Below are positions 1-9,653 of a DNA stretch of 64,000 bases, piece after piece (within the stretch, counting starts at the first letter, position 1; every line of letters starts with the position of its first letter). Under the pieces are notes generated by a model. That model saw only the letters and a list, made by a program, of their open reading frames with translations. It made no database searches and had not been told where the DNA came from. The translations under genes were made by a program, and so were the position numbers. The stretch comes from an uncultured delta proteobacterium. GTDB taxonomy: Bacteria; Myxococcota_A; Polyangia; Palsa-1104. The DNA lies in contig CAWAWS010000014.1 of the NCBI GenBank assembly GCA_963785725.1, positions 128,001 through 192,000 on the forward strand, read 5' to 3'.

Positions 1-887
1 CGACGCGCGTCGTCGATCGCGTCGGCAAAGGCTTGCGCGGCAGCCCGCGCGATGCGCTGCTCGCCGACGCCACGCCGCCCGAAGAGCGCGGCCGCGCCTA
101 CGGATTCCACCAGGCCATGGACAACGCCGGCGCGCTCATCGGCCCGCTGTTGGCGACGACGCTGATCGCGCTCGGCCTCGGGCTGCGCAAGGTGTTCCTG
201 CTCGCCGCCGTGCCGGGCGCGCTGGCGATGACGACCCTCGTCTTCGGCGTGCGCGAAGAGACGATCGCGCAGCCGAACACGCCAAAGCCGACCCACTCCG
301 CGACGAAGCCGCCGCTGGGCCCGACGCTGCACCGCTATTTCGTGGCCGTGGCGCTGTTCGGGCTCGGTAACTCCTCGGACGCGTTCTTGCTCTTGCGCGC
401 ACAACAGTGCGGCGTGGCCGTCGCGCTCATTCCGCTCTTGTGGATGGCGCACAACGGCACGAAAGCGGCGCTGTCGACGTGGGGCGGCGCGCTGTCCGAT
501 CGCATCGGTCGTCGCCGCCTCATCGTCGCCGGCTGGCTGCTCTACGCCGTGACCTATCTCGCGTTCGGGTTCGCGTCGCGGCCGTGGCAGATCTGGGCGC
601 TCTTCATCGGCTACGGCCTCTATTATTCGCTCGTCGAAGGCGCGGAGAAGGCGCTCGTGGCCGAGCTGTCACCGACGGGCGCGCGCGGTCGCGCCTTCGG
701 CTGGTTCAACGCCGTCGTCGGCTTGGCGGCGCTGCCGGCGTCGTTGGCGTTCGGCGCGCTCGCCGATCACGCCGGCGCGCGCGTGGCGTTTACGGCGTCG
801 GCGGCGCTGGCGGCGCTGGCGAGCCTGTGGCTGGCGCTGGCGGTGCGTCCGTCGGCGCCGGCGCCGCGGCCGCAGCCGGATCGGTAA
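1..887 (+). CDS. MFS transporter (5'-truncated by window edge)
   Basis: Frame is open from the window start (DRVGKGLRGSPRDALL); MFS loop motif GALSDRIGRRR; multiple TM helices. Confidence 0.85.
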   Translation, partial: TRVVDRVGKGLRGSPRDALLADATPPEERGRAYGFHQAMDNAGALIGPLLATTLIALGLGLRKVFLLAAVPGALAMTTLVFGVREETIAQPNTPKPTHSATKPPLGPTLHRYFVAVALFGLGNSSDAFLLLRAQQCGVAVALIPLLWMAHNGTKAALSTWGGALSDRIGRRRLIVAGWLLYAVTYLAFGFASRPWQIWALFIGYGLYYSLVEGAEKALVAELSPTGARGRAFGWFNAVVGLAALPASLAFGALADHAGARVAFTASAALAALASLWLALAVRPSAPAPRPQPDR

Positions 888-1650
888 TGTCGATCGCCGG
901 CAGCTCGTCGATGCGCGGCATGACCACGATCTCGATGCGACGGTTGTGCGCGCGCTGGTCGGGGTCGTCGTTGTCGCCGAGCGCGTCGAACTCGGAGTAG
1001 CCGGCGGCCGCCAAGTGGCGCGGATCGACGCCCTCGGCCTGCAGAAAACGCACGACCGTGACCGCGCGCGCCGTCGAGAGCTCCCAATTTCCCGCGAACG
1101 GCGAGCTCTTGATCGGCTTGTTGTCGGTGTGCCCAGCGACGACGAAGTCGCGATCGGGGATCTCCTTGAGCGCCAGCGCCACCTGCTTGAGCGCCGTCTG
1201 CCCCGCCGTCTTCAGCGCCGTTTGACCGGGATCGAACAAGATGGCGTCGCCCAAATGCACGAGCATCTTGCCTTTGCGCACGTCGACCGAGAGCGTGCCG
1301 GCGCCGATGGCGTCGCGCAGCCGGGCGACGAGCGTGCGATAGAGCTCACTGCGCTGCTCGGACTGGGCGTGCGCGCGGCGGAGCGCGTCCATCTCGCGCT
1401 CGGTCGCCGACAGATTCTTCGCCAGCGTGCGCGCGTTGCCTTCTAGCGTCGTGATCTGCTCGTCGCGCTGCTCGAGGTCGCGCTTGCGATCGGACAGCCG
1501 CGCGGTCGCGGCGCCGAGCTCGACTTGCGTGTGCGAGAGCTCGGCCTGGCACTTCTCGGCCTCGGTCGTGCGCTGGTTGTATTCGGCTTGCGTCACGCCA
1601 CAACCGGCGAGCACGCACCCTATCGCTAGGCATGAGAGTCGAGAAGGCAC
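790..1650 (-). CDS. OmpA/MotB-family peptidoglycan-binding lipoprotein with N-terminal coiled coil
   Basis: Lipobox VLAGC; GHTDNKP, NWELSTARA and NRRIEIV motifs of the OmpA-like domain. Confidence 0.85.
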   Translation of the reverse strand: MPSRLSCLAIGCVLAGCGVTQAEYNQRTTEAEKCQAELSHTQVELGAATARLSDRKRDLEQRDEQITTLEGNARTLAKNLSATEREMDALRRAHAQSEQRSELYRTLVARLRDAIGAGTLSVDVRKGKMLVHLGDAILFDPGQTALKTAGQTALKQVALALKEIPDRDFVVAGHTDNKPIKSSPFAGNWELSTARAVTVVRFLQAEGVDPRHLAAAGYSEFDALGDNDDPDQRAHNRRIEIVVMPRIDELPAIDITDPAAAAAPAPTDAPPAPATGSPAPPAPPTP

Positions 1651-1718
1651 GGCAGCTTAGCTTGAACGAGCAGCGCGAAAATTGACAGGTGTGTCTACGT
1701 ACGTAAGTATCCTACATC

Positions 1719-4362
1719 ATGCCATCACGTTCTGAGCGGGCCATCCAAGTTGGCGCCACCGGTTCGCGCGGCCGCGAGGTCGCCGGCATCGTCCTGTTGG
1801 GGCTGGCGCTGTTCGTCGGGCTGAGCGTCGTCTCACTGCAGCTCGGCTCGGGCACGCTGATGGGACCGTGCGGCGCGACCGTCGGCCTCGGCGTTTACGC
1901 GCTGTGCGGCATCGGCTCGTACCTCGTCGCGTTCGGGCTCGGCTTCGCGGCGCTGCGCTGCCTGCAAGGTCAGCCGGTGCGCGTGAAGTCGGTCGCGTTC
2001 TGGGCGGCGCTGTCGGGCGGCGTCGCGGCGGCGATACTGCTGCATTTGGCGCTCGGCGCGCATCGTCTGCGCGGCCACTCGCCGGGCGGAATCGTCGGCG
2101 AATACGGCGCCGAGCTGATGATCTCGTTCGTCGGCCGCGTCGGCGCCGTGCTCTTCGGCTTCGTGCTCTTGGCGGTGGCGTTGGTGCTGTCGACGCCGCT
2201 GTCGCTGCGCTCGATCGTCGAGCTGACGTTGTCGAGCCTCAAAGGTGGCCTGGCGCTCTTGGGTCGCACGGTGGCGTCGATCTTCCCGGCGCACGACGAA
2301 GAGGACGACGAGCGCGACGTCGCGGAAAAGCCGGCGCCGAAGAAGCGGTCGCGCAAAGAGGCCGACGACACGGTGTCGGCGCCGATGGCGGCGGGCGAGC
2401 TCGCCATCGACGTCGACCTCGACGACGCGAAAGCGCTCGATGGGAAGAACGAGCCGAAGATCAACGAGCCGAAGATCCTCGAGCGGGCGCGGCTGCCGAA
2501 GAAGCGGCGCGACGATGATGCGCAGATCGTGAAGCTGGCGGCGGCGCAGATGGCGGCGGTCGAAGAGTCGGCGCCGGTCGAGATCATCGAGAACGAGCGG
2601 ACGGAATTGTCGCCGCTGGCGCCGGCCGCGCCGATCGGCGAGCTGCCGCAAATGGGGCCGAAGATCGTCGAGCCGCTGGCCATGAAGAAGGAGAAGCTGG
2701 CGCAAAAGCCGGTCGAAGGTCCGAAGGTCGACTTCATTCCGGCGGCGGGCGGCTATCACTTGCCGGAGCTGGCGCTGCTCGATTACGAGGAGTCGCACGA
2801 AGACAAGATCGACAAGGGCGCGATGCTGGCGCTGGCCGACAAGCTGCAAAAGACGCTCGCGGACTACGGCGTCAAAGGCACGGTCGCCGAGATTCATCCC
2901 GGCCCCGTCGTCACGATGTACGAGTTCATTCCGGCGCCGGGCACGAAGCTGTCGAAGATCTCGGCGCTGTCGAACGACCTGGCGATGTCGCTGCAGGCGC
3001 TGCGCGTGCGTATCGTGGCGCCGATTCCGGGCAAGGGCTCGGTCGGCATCGAGGTGCCGAACAAGACGCGCGCGACCGTGTTCCTGAAGGAAATTCTCGT
3101 CGACGAGGACGTTCAGAAGCAGAAGTCGAAGCTGACGATCGGGCTCGGCAAGGACATCGCCGGCAAGCCGGTCGCGGTCGATCTGGCGAAGATGCCGCAC
3201 TTGCTCGTCGCCGGCACCACCGGCTCGGGCAAGTCGGTCGCGGTCAACGGCATGATCTGCAGCGTGCTCTTCAACAGCACGCCCGAAGAAGTGCGCATGA
3301 TCATGATCGATCCGAAGATGGTCGAGCTCTCGATCTACGAGGGCATTCCGCATCTGCTCTTGCCCGTCGTCACCGATCCGAAGAAGGCGAACCTGGCGCT
3401 GCGCTGGGCCGTCGACGAGATGGAGCGGCGCTACGAGCTGGTGTCGAAGGCGGGCGTGCGCGACATCTTGTCGTACAACAAGAAGGTCGAGAAGCAGCTC
3501 GCCGACGCGCCGGCGGTCAGCGACGAGCCGAAGATCAAGATCTTCGTCGAGGACGACGACGGTCAGCGCAGCGAGGTCGAGGTCGCGGCCAACGAAGAGG
3601 CGGTGCGCGAGGCCGGCGGCGTCGTCAACGGCGAGATCCACGACGAGATCTCGGCGGCGGTCGCGGCCATGCAGAAGCAGAAAGAGGACGCGAATTCGCT
3701 GCCGCGTAAATTGCCGTACATCCTCGTCATCATCGACGAGTTCGCCGACCTGATGATGGTGGCGCCGAAGGACGTCGAGACCTCGGTCGCGCGCATCGCG
3801 CAGAAGGCGCGCGCCGTCGGCATTCACCTGCTGCTGGCGACGCAGCGGCCGTCGGTGGACGTCATCACCGGGCTCATCAAGGCGAACTTCCCGTCGCGCA
3901 TCGCGTTCCAGGTGGCGTCGAAGATCGACTCGCGCACGATTCTCGGATCAGCAGGGCGCCGAGAACCTGCTCGGCATGGGCGACATGCTGTTCACCGATC
4001 GCGGCCAGGCGCTGCGCCGCGTGCACGGCGCGCTCGTGACCGACACCGAGATCAAGCGCATGGTCGACTTCCTGAAGCTGCAGGGACAGCCGGTCTACGA
4101 CATGGACATCCTGAAGCCGCGCGCCGAGGAAGAGGGCGAAGACGGCGGCGGCTTGCCGACGGACGACAGCCAAGATCCGGTCTACGATCAGGCGGTGCGG
4201 CTGGTGTGCGAGACGCGGCTGGCGTCGGTGTCGATGATTCAGCGGCGGCTGCAGATCGGGTTCAACCGCGCGTCGCGCTTGGTCGAGCGGATGGAGCGAG
4301 ACGGCATCGTCGGCGCGCCCAACGGCTCGAAGCCGCGCGAAGTGCTCGCCCAAGCCATCTAG
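1719..4362 (+). CDS. ftsK: DNA translocase FtsK (one +1 frameshift at ~3946)
   Basis: 4TM N-terminus, Walker A GTTGSGKS, IIDEFADLM, ATQRPS. The gamma domain (SVSMIQRRLQIGFNRA) is in another frame; removing one G in ctcggatcagcag restores ILDQQGAENLLGMGDML. Confidence 0.95.
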
Positions 4363-4496
4363 ATCGTCAACTTGCCTGACTAAATGGTCAAGCGCGCTTG
4401 ACTACATGGTCAAGTAGGTTGACGACGTTCGTGATCGTCAACTTGCCTGACTAAATGGTCAAGCGCGCTTGACTACATGGTCAAGTAGGTTGACGA
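4362..4496. repeat. Two identical 64-bp palindromic units (4362-4425, 4433-4496) separated by 7 bp
   Basis: GATCGTCAACTTGCCTGACTAAATGGTCAAGCGCGCTTGACTACATGGTCAAGTAGGTTGACGA occurs twice; central perfect palindrome GTCAAGCGCGCTTGAC; terminal IR TCGTCAAC/GTTGACGA. Confidence 0.95.
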
Positions 4497-4501
4497 AACC
4501 G

Positions 4502-4693
4502 TCAAACCTCCGTGTGTTGGTCGAAGAGCGGGAGCTGGCCGTCGGGGGCGCCGAAGCGGCGCTCGAGCGCGCGGCGCCAGGCGGCGACCACGTCGTCTTC
4601 GCCGAGGCCGCCGAGCTCGCTGGCCGCTTGCCGGGCCAGCTCCAGGCGCTCCGCCGGTGTCAGTTGCAACAGTCGATGCACCAGATCGTCCAT
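4502..4693 (-). CDS. 63-aa protein resembling addiction-module antitoxin components (TIGR02574-like), with C-terminal QLPLF
   Basis: MDDLVHRLLQLTPAERLELA...AAWRRALERR matches the L-x-P-x-ER-x-x-LA...AW...RR pattern; fills the gap between the repeat and lolA. Confidence 0.6.
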   Translation of the reverse strand: MDDLVHRLLQLTPAERLELARQAASELGGLGEDDVVAAWRRALERRFGAPDGQLPLFDQHTEV

Positions 4694-4744
4694 ATGTAGG
4701 TGCAGTCGCAATAAACGGGCCGCGCGAGCGTCTATACTCTCGCC

Positions 4745-5404
4745 ATGCGGAAAATCGCCTTCGTAATAGTGACGATGACGGCGCTCGCGGGTGTCGCGCG
4801 GGCGCAGGCCAAGCCGACCGAGACGGCGGCGACGCTCGTCGCGCGCGTGCAGAAGTATTACGACTCGACCAAAGATCTGCATGCGACGTTCGAGCAGCAG
4901 ATCGACTCGGCGTCGCGTGGCGCGCAAAAGGCGTCGGGCGAGGTGTGGCTGAAGAAGCCGGGCAAGATGCGCTGGGATTACGCCAAGCCCGAGAAGAAGC
5001 TGATGGTGTCCGACGGCGGCACGCTGTGGGTGTACGAGCCCGAGGACGAGCAGGCGTTCAAGCAGTCGCTCAAGGACAACGCGCTGCCGGCGCAGGTGTC
5101 GTTCCTGCTCGGCGAAGGCAAGCTGGCGCAGGAGTTCGACGCCACGTTCACGAAGGTCGACGGGCTGGCCGCCGACGAGCTGGCGTTGAAGATGGTGCCG
5201 AAGACGGGGACGGCGGCCTATCGCTACATCGTGTTCATCGTCGACGAGAAGTCGGGGATGGTGAAGCAGACGATCATTTATGATCAGACGGGCGCCACCA
5301 ATCGCCTGCGCTTCGGCGACGTGCAGCAGAACCGCGGCGTCGAGGATGGCAAGTTCAAGTTCGCGCCGCCGTCGGGCACGAAGATCCTGACGCCGCCGAA
5401 GTAG
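4745..5404 (+). CDS. lolA: Outer-membrane lipoprotein carrier LolA
   Basis: Signal peptide; KKPGKMRWDY, VSDGGTLWVYEP, FKFAPPSG; near ftsK as in many Gram-negatives. Confidence 0.9.
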   Translation: MRKIAFVIVTMTALAGVARAQAKPTETAATLVARVQKYYDSTKDLHATFEQQIDSASRGAQKASGEVWLKKPGKMRWDYAKPEKKLMVSDGGTLWVYEPEDEQAFKQSLKDNALPAQVSFLLGEGKLAQEFDATFTKVDGLAADELALKMVPKTGTAAYRYIVFIVDEKSGMVKQTIIYDQTGATNRLRFGDVQQNRGVEDGKFKFAPPSGTKILTPPK

Positions 5405-5457
5405 CCGCGCCGCCATCGGGCACGAAGATCCTGACGCCGCCGAAGTAGCCGCGCCGC
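5367..5457 (+). repeat. Tandem 44-bp duplication of the lolA 3' end including the stop codon
   Basis: TCGGGCACGAAGATCCTGACGCCGCCGAAGTAGCCGCGCCGC at 5372-5413 and 5416-5457. Confidence 0.9.
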
Positions 5458-5602
5458 GCCCTCGCTGTCGAATCTGCACGCGTCTCCGGCGATTGCGCGG
5501 TGTCAGCCGGCGTCGCTTACCTGTGCTCGATGTAGGCGCCGCTTTCGCCAGCGGTCGCTAAAGTTCGCCCGCCTAGTCCCGATGTCTTTCGGGAGGCTCG
5601 TA

Positions 5603-5782
5603 ATGCGGCAAGTGTTGGTGGCGATCTTATTGGCGTGCGCGGCAGGCTGCGGTGGCGGCGGCAGCGATCACGTTTCGGTTACGAATGAGCCGCCTGCCGA
5701 CATGGCGCAGGTCGGTGTCGATCTAGGCGGCGCGACGACTCATGTCGCCAAGGTCTCATTTCACCTGACGGGAGTTCAATAA
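5603..5782 (+). CDS. Small putative lipoprotein
   Basis: Hydrophobic signal with CAAGC lipobox; GGGAGG RBS; stop overlaps the next start (TAATG). Confidence 0.55.
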   Translation: MRQVLVAILLACAAGCGGGGSDHVSVTNEPPADMAQVGVDLGGATTHVAKVSFHLTGVQ

Positions 5783-6759
5783 TGCGCCGCTCGCTGATGT
5801 GGGGCGCGCTCGCGTTGTCGCTCGCCGTGCCCGCGGTCGCGTTCGCCGAGCCCGGCGAAGGCAGCTTCACGCCGGCCAGCCTGCTCGTGCCCATTCGCAA
5901 AGTGACGCTCGAAGGCGCCGCCGGCTCGTCGACGCTCTATTCCTGCGATCCGACCGCGAGCAACGACTGTCTCGTCGACGTCGCCGACAACACGGCGCTG
6001 GCCAAGCTGTTCGCGCAGCCGGCGATGATCAACGTCGGCACCTACGATTCGGTCGGCGTCTACAACTGCAGCAGCGGCGAGCCGTCGTTCACCGCCAAGG
6101 TCAAAGGCACCGTCGTCCTCAGCGGCGTCACCTGGTACACCGCCGGCGCCAACGTGCTCTCCAGCGACGTCGCCGACTATGACTACGTCAGCGTCTCGTT
6201 CGCCGGCTGCAAGAACGGCCCCGCGCTGCCCGCGCCGGTGACGCTCAAAGAGGGCGACGACCTCGACGTCAGCGCGTTCTTCACGCTCGCCAACGTCGCC
6301 TGGGTGTCGTCGGGCCTGCAGACGGCGGGCGCCTGCGCGCTCACGCCGAGCGGCACGCCGCGCAACGTCTGCGTCGCCCTGCCCGCGCTCGTGCCGTTCA
6401 TGGGCACCGCGGCGCCGACCGTCGAAACCTATTACGTCACCGAAGATCCGAGCGACACCGACGCGGCGAAGGCGGGCGGCCAGGTGCTGCTGCTCGTCGA
6501 CAGCGCGTCCAACGTCTTCGGCGGCTTTCTGCGCCAGCTGTTCTCGGCGACGTCGCGCCCGCCGTCGGTGAGCTATGACGCGTCGCTCGTCAGCATCGTC
6601 GTCAACGCCGACGGCACCGATTACACCGCCATGACCGCGGGCCCGACGGCCGGCAGCTACGGCGTCGAATTCCCCGCGTTCCAGCGCCAGACGCACGACG
6701 GCGGCTACTTGCAGGCCGGCTCGTCGACGCCGACGCCGTACCGCGCCGTCCGCAAGTAG
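5782..6759 (+). CDS. Secreted beta-rich hypothetical protein
   Basis: Sec signal (AVAFA/E), strong GC3 bias, 6 Cys. Confidence 0.75.
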   Translation: MRRSLMWGALALSLAVPAVAFAEPGEGSFTPASLLVPIRKVTLEGAAGSSTLYSCDPTASNDCLVDVADNTALAKLFAQPAMINVGTYDSVGVYNCSSGEPSFTAKVKGTVVLSGVTWYTAGANVLSSDVADYDYVSVSFAGCKNGPALPAPVTLKEGDDLDVSAFFTLANVAWVSSGLQTAGACALTPSGTPRNVCVALPALVPFMGTAAPTVETYYVTEDPSDTDAAKAGGQVLLLVDSASNVFGGFLRQLFSATSRPPSVSYDASLVSIVVNADGTDYTAMTAGPTAGSYGVEFPAFQRQTHDGGYLQAGSSTPTPYRAVRK

Positions 6760-6784
6760 CGCGCCGCTCGCCGCACGACTCCGC

Positions 6785-6999
6785 CGCAACTTCGCCCGCC
6801 GTCAGCGACTACGTTCGCCGCCACAAAACGTGCGCAACTTCATTCGCCCGCGCCTACGTAACTCCGTTCGCGGCTGGCGATTACGTTCGCACGCCATTCG
6901 CCGCCAGCGAACGTAACGCCGTTCGCAGCTGGCGATTACGTCCGCAACTTCATCCGCCGCTAGTGATTTTCGTTCGCAATTCCGCTCGCTGCCGGCGAT
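6785..6999. repeat. Degenerate ~25-31-bp tandem repeat (about 8 units) between convergent genes
   Basis: Units resemble CG(T/C)AAC(T/G)(C/T)C(G/A)TTCGC.GCTGGCGATTACGT; copies at 6857-6886 and 6912-6941 match at 28 of 30 positions. Confidence 0.75.
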
Positions 7000-7079
7000 G
7001 CGCTCGCCGCTCCATCGCGCGCGCTGCCAACGATGGCGCTGTAACGGCCGCTGTCTGCCGCGCTCACGGCGAACGCCGT

Positions 7080-7979
7080 TTACGCGCCGGCGATGAGCAC
7101 GATCACGCCGGCGACCGTCGCTGCCACCGCGCCGAAGCGCGGCGCGCTCCAACGCTCCTCCTGATACAGCAGCGCAAACGGCACCGACATCAGCGGCGCC
7201 AACGATGACAGCGTCGCGCCCACCGCCAGATCCGTGTGCGTCAGCCCGTACACGAACAGCGACGAGCCGACGCACGTCTCCGCCAGCGACACCGGGATCA
7301 GCATGAGATAGGTGCCGCGCGCCGCCTTGCGATCGACGCTGGGCGGCTTCGTCAGCGCCGTGGTCACGGCCAGAATCGGCCAGGCGCACAAAAAGCGCGT
7401 CAGGTTCGCCTGCCACGGATCGAGGCCGGCGCCGCCATGCTTGGTGGCGACCGTGTTGCCCGCCCACAGCACCGACGTCAGCAGCGCCAGCAGAATGCCC
7501 TGGCGCGCCTCTTTCGCCGACGACTGCTGGTGCTCGTGCTCGTCGGCCGCTTGCGGCGCCAGCGCGATGAGCGCGATGACGCCACCGACGCACAAGACGG
7601 TCCCGCCGGCGCGCACGAGGCCGAAGCGCTCGCTGCCGAAGAACGCGCCCGCGAGCGCCGCCCACAGCGGATACGACGACGCGATCGCCAGCGCCGTCGT
7701 CACGCCCACGCGACGCGCGGCCGCGAAGAAGACGTTGTCGGCGAACGCGTACGAGCACAGCACCGACGCCGCCAGCCAAAACGCCGCGTGGCCGCCGATG
7801 CCGGCGAAGACGTGACCGCGCGTCGTCGCGATCGTGGCCAGCGCGAAGATCGGCAGCACCGTCGTCGCGCGCGTCAGATTCACGCGCGCCGATCCAATCG
7901 TGCGCGACGCCAACGCGTAGCGCGTCGAGGCGAACGCCCACAGCGCCGCCGACACCAGCGCCGCGATCGCGCCCGTCAC
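7080..7979 (-). CDS. DMT/EamA-family transporter
   Basis: About 10 TM in two repeats; YPLWAALAGAFFGSER and APLMSVPFALLYQEER motifs. Confidence 0.85.
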   Translation of the reverse strand: MTGAIAALVSAALWAFASTRYALASRTIGSARVNLTRATTVLPIFALATIATTRGHVFAGIGGHAAFWLAASVLCSYAFADNVFFAAARRVGVTTALAIASSYPLWAALAGAFFGSERFGLVRAGGTVLCVGGVIALIALAPQAADEHEHQQSSAKEARQGILLALLTSVLWAGNTVATKHGGAGLDPWQANLTRFLCAWPILAVTTALTKPPSVDRKAARGTYLMLIPVSLAETCVGSSLFVYGLTHTDLAVGATLSSLAPLMSVPFALLYQEERWSAPRFGAVAATVAGVIVLIAGA

Positions 7980-8009
7980 GACCGCCGCAACTTCGCAGGA
8001 CGACGCACG

Positions 8010-8999
8010 TTACAAGAGCGGCGCGATCTCGGCCGACTTCGGGAACACGCCGTAGATGCCGCCGGTGTGCACGAAGCAGATGCGCTCGCCGAAGATCTTG
8101 GGATCGCGCGCCAGCTCCGCCTGCAGGCCGTGAAACGCCTTGCCCGTGTACACCGGATCGAGGATGAGGCCGCTCAGCCGCGCCACATCGCGCAGCGTCG
8201 CCAGCTCCTCCGGTCGCGACTTGGCGTAGCCGATGCCGACGTGGCCATCGCAAATCTCGATCTCGTCGCGATCGAACGTCAGCGGCAGCGACCACTGCGC
8301 GATCGCCTGCTCGACGATCTCGCCGATGGCCGCCACGAAGTAGGCCTTGTCGTCGCAGACGTTGATGCCGACGGCGCGCCACGGCAGCTCGAGCAGCTTG
8401 ATGCCGAGGATGATCCCGGCGCCGGTGCCGCCCGATCCGGCGGCATAGACGATCGTGAGCGGCTGGTCGCCCAGCTGCTCGGCGAGCTCCTCGACGCAGC
8501 CGACGTAACCCCACGCGCCGAGCGCGTTCGAGCCGCCTTCGGGGATGATGTAGGCCTTGCGCGCTTGCGCCAACAGCTGACCTTGCGCTTCGACGAACAG
8601 CTGCGCCCGCCGCTTGTACTCCTCGCGGCTCACCCAGCGAATATCGGCGCCGACGAGCTGATCGAGCAAGATGTTGGCCTCGCTCGCCGGCGGATTCTTC
8701 GGATCGTCGGTGCGCAGCAGCAGATGCGCGCGCAAGCCGAGCTCGGCGGCCGCGATCGCCGTCGCGCGGCAGTGGTTCGACTGCTCGCCGCCGCAGGTGA
8801 TGACCGTGTCCGCGCCCTGCGCCAGCGCCTCGGCGAGCAGGAACTCGAGCTTGCGGATCTTGTTGCCGCTCAGCGTCGAGCCGGTCAGATCGTCGCGCTT
8901 GACCACGAGCTCGACGCCCAGCTTCTGCGCCAGCCGCGGCGCCGGCTCGACCGGCGTCGGCAAGCGCGCGCGACGCACACGTTCGGGATACGCAATCAT
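8010..8999 (-). CDS. dcyD: D-cysteine desulfhydrase-family PLP enzyme
   Basis: KRDD, SGNKIRK (PLP Lys), QSNH, PEGGS, GSGGT; DPVYTGK and HTGG fit the desulfhydrase rather than the ACC deaminase (DPVYEGK) signature. Confidence 0.8.
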   Translation of the reverse strand: MIAYPERVRRARLPTPVEPAPRLAQKLGVELVVKRDDLTGSTLSGNKIRKLEFLLAEALAQGADTVITCGGEQSNHCRATAIAAAELGLRAHLLLRTDDPKNPPASEANILLDQLVGADIRWVSREEYKRRAQLFVEAQGQLLAQARKAYIIPEGGSNALGAWGYVGCVEELAEQLGDQPLTIVYAAGSGGTGAGIILGIKLLELPWRAVGINVCDDKAYFVAAIGEIVEQAIAQWSLPLTFDRDEIEICDGHVGIGYAKSRPEELATLRDVARLSGLILDPVYTGKAFHGLQAELARDPKIFGERICFVHTGGIYGVFPKSAEIAPLL

Positions 9000-9002
9000 C
9001 GT

Positions 9003-9653
9003 CTAATCCGCCTGCACGAACGGGTTATGGCGCGCTTCGTCGCCGATCGTCGTCTTGGGGCCATGCCCGCAGATGACCGCCGTATCCGGATCGAGCGTGT
9101 ACAGCCGCTCCTTGATCGACCGCTCGATGGTCGCGTAATCGCCGCCGGGCAAGTCGGTGCGGCCGATCGACCGCTGAAACAGCGTGTCGCCCGCCAGCAG
9201 CAGCGGACCTTCGCTCGACTCGACGGCAAAGCAGCAGCTGCCCGGCGTGTGCCCCGGCGTGTGAATGACCTGCGCGTTGGACTTGCCGTAGGCCAGCGTC
9301 TCGCCGTCTTTGAGCCAATGCTCGACGGGCGTCGACTGCCGCGGCCGCCAACCGAACATGCCCGCCTGCTGCGCAAACGCGTCGTACAGGAACTGGTCGC
9401 CTTGGTGCAGCGCCACCGTCCCGCCCGCGGCCTCTTTGACGTCGCGCGTCTCGTAGATGTGATCGAGATGCGCGTGCGTGTGGATGATCCACTTCACCGT
9501 CAAATCGTAGTGCCGCACGACCTCCAGGATGCGCGCGTGGTCGCCGCCGGGGTCGACGACGATCGCCTCCTTCGTGTCACCGCAGGCGACGATGGCGCAG
9601 TTGCACTGAAAGGCGCCGACGGGAAATGTCTCGAGGAGCTGCATGCTGGTCAT
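9003..9653 (-). CDS. MBL-fold metallo-hydrolase (glyoxalase II/YcbL-like)
   Basis: HTHAHLDH, HTPGHTPG, GDTLF, GRTDLPGGD, GHGPKTTIGDE. Confidence 0.9.
   Translation of the reverse strand: MTSMQLLETFPVGAFQCNCAIVACGDTKEAIVVDPGGDHARILEVVRHYDLTVKWIIHTHAHLDHIYETRDVKEAAGGTVALHQGDQFLYDAFAQQAGMFGWRPRQSTPVEHWLKDGETLAYGKSNAQVIHTPGHTPGSCCFAVESSEGPLLLAGDTLFQRSIGRTDLPGGDYATIERSIKERLYTLDPDTAVICGHGPKTTIGDEARHNPFVQAD

Noticed and set aside
790..887. 98-bp convergent overlap of the MFS and OmpA genes as a regulatory feature
   Set aside because: The OmpA tail is a low-complexity extension, and late stops are common at high GC
790..1650. Flagellar MotB
   Set aside because: Lipoprotein signal plus coiled coil, no MotB TM motif and no motA neighbour
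4362..4496. CRISPR array or dif site next to ftsK
   Set aside because: Only two 64-bp units with a 7-bp gap, no spacers or cas genes, and no XerC/XerD 11-6-11 consensus
8010..8999. ACC deaminase
   Set aside because: DPVYTGK/HTGG instead of the Glu/Leu signature of true ACC deaminases
9003..9653. Persulfide dioxygenase forming a sulfide-detox operon with dcyD
   Set aside because: Motifs fit the generic YcbL/glyoxalase II-like group; no rhodanese or SQR nearby
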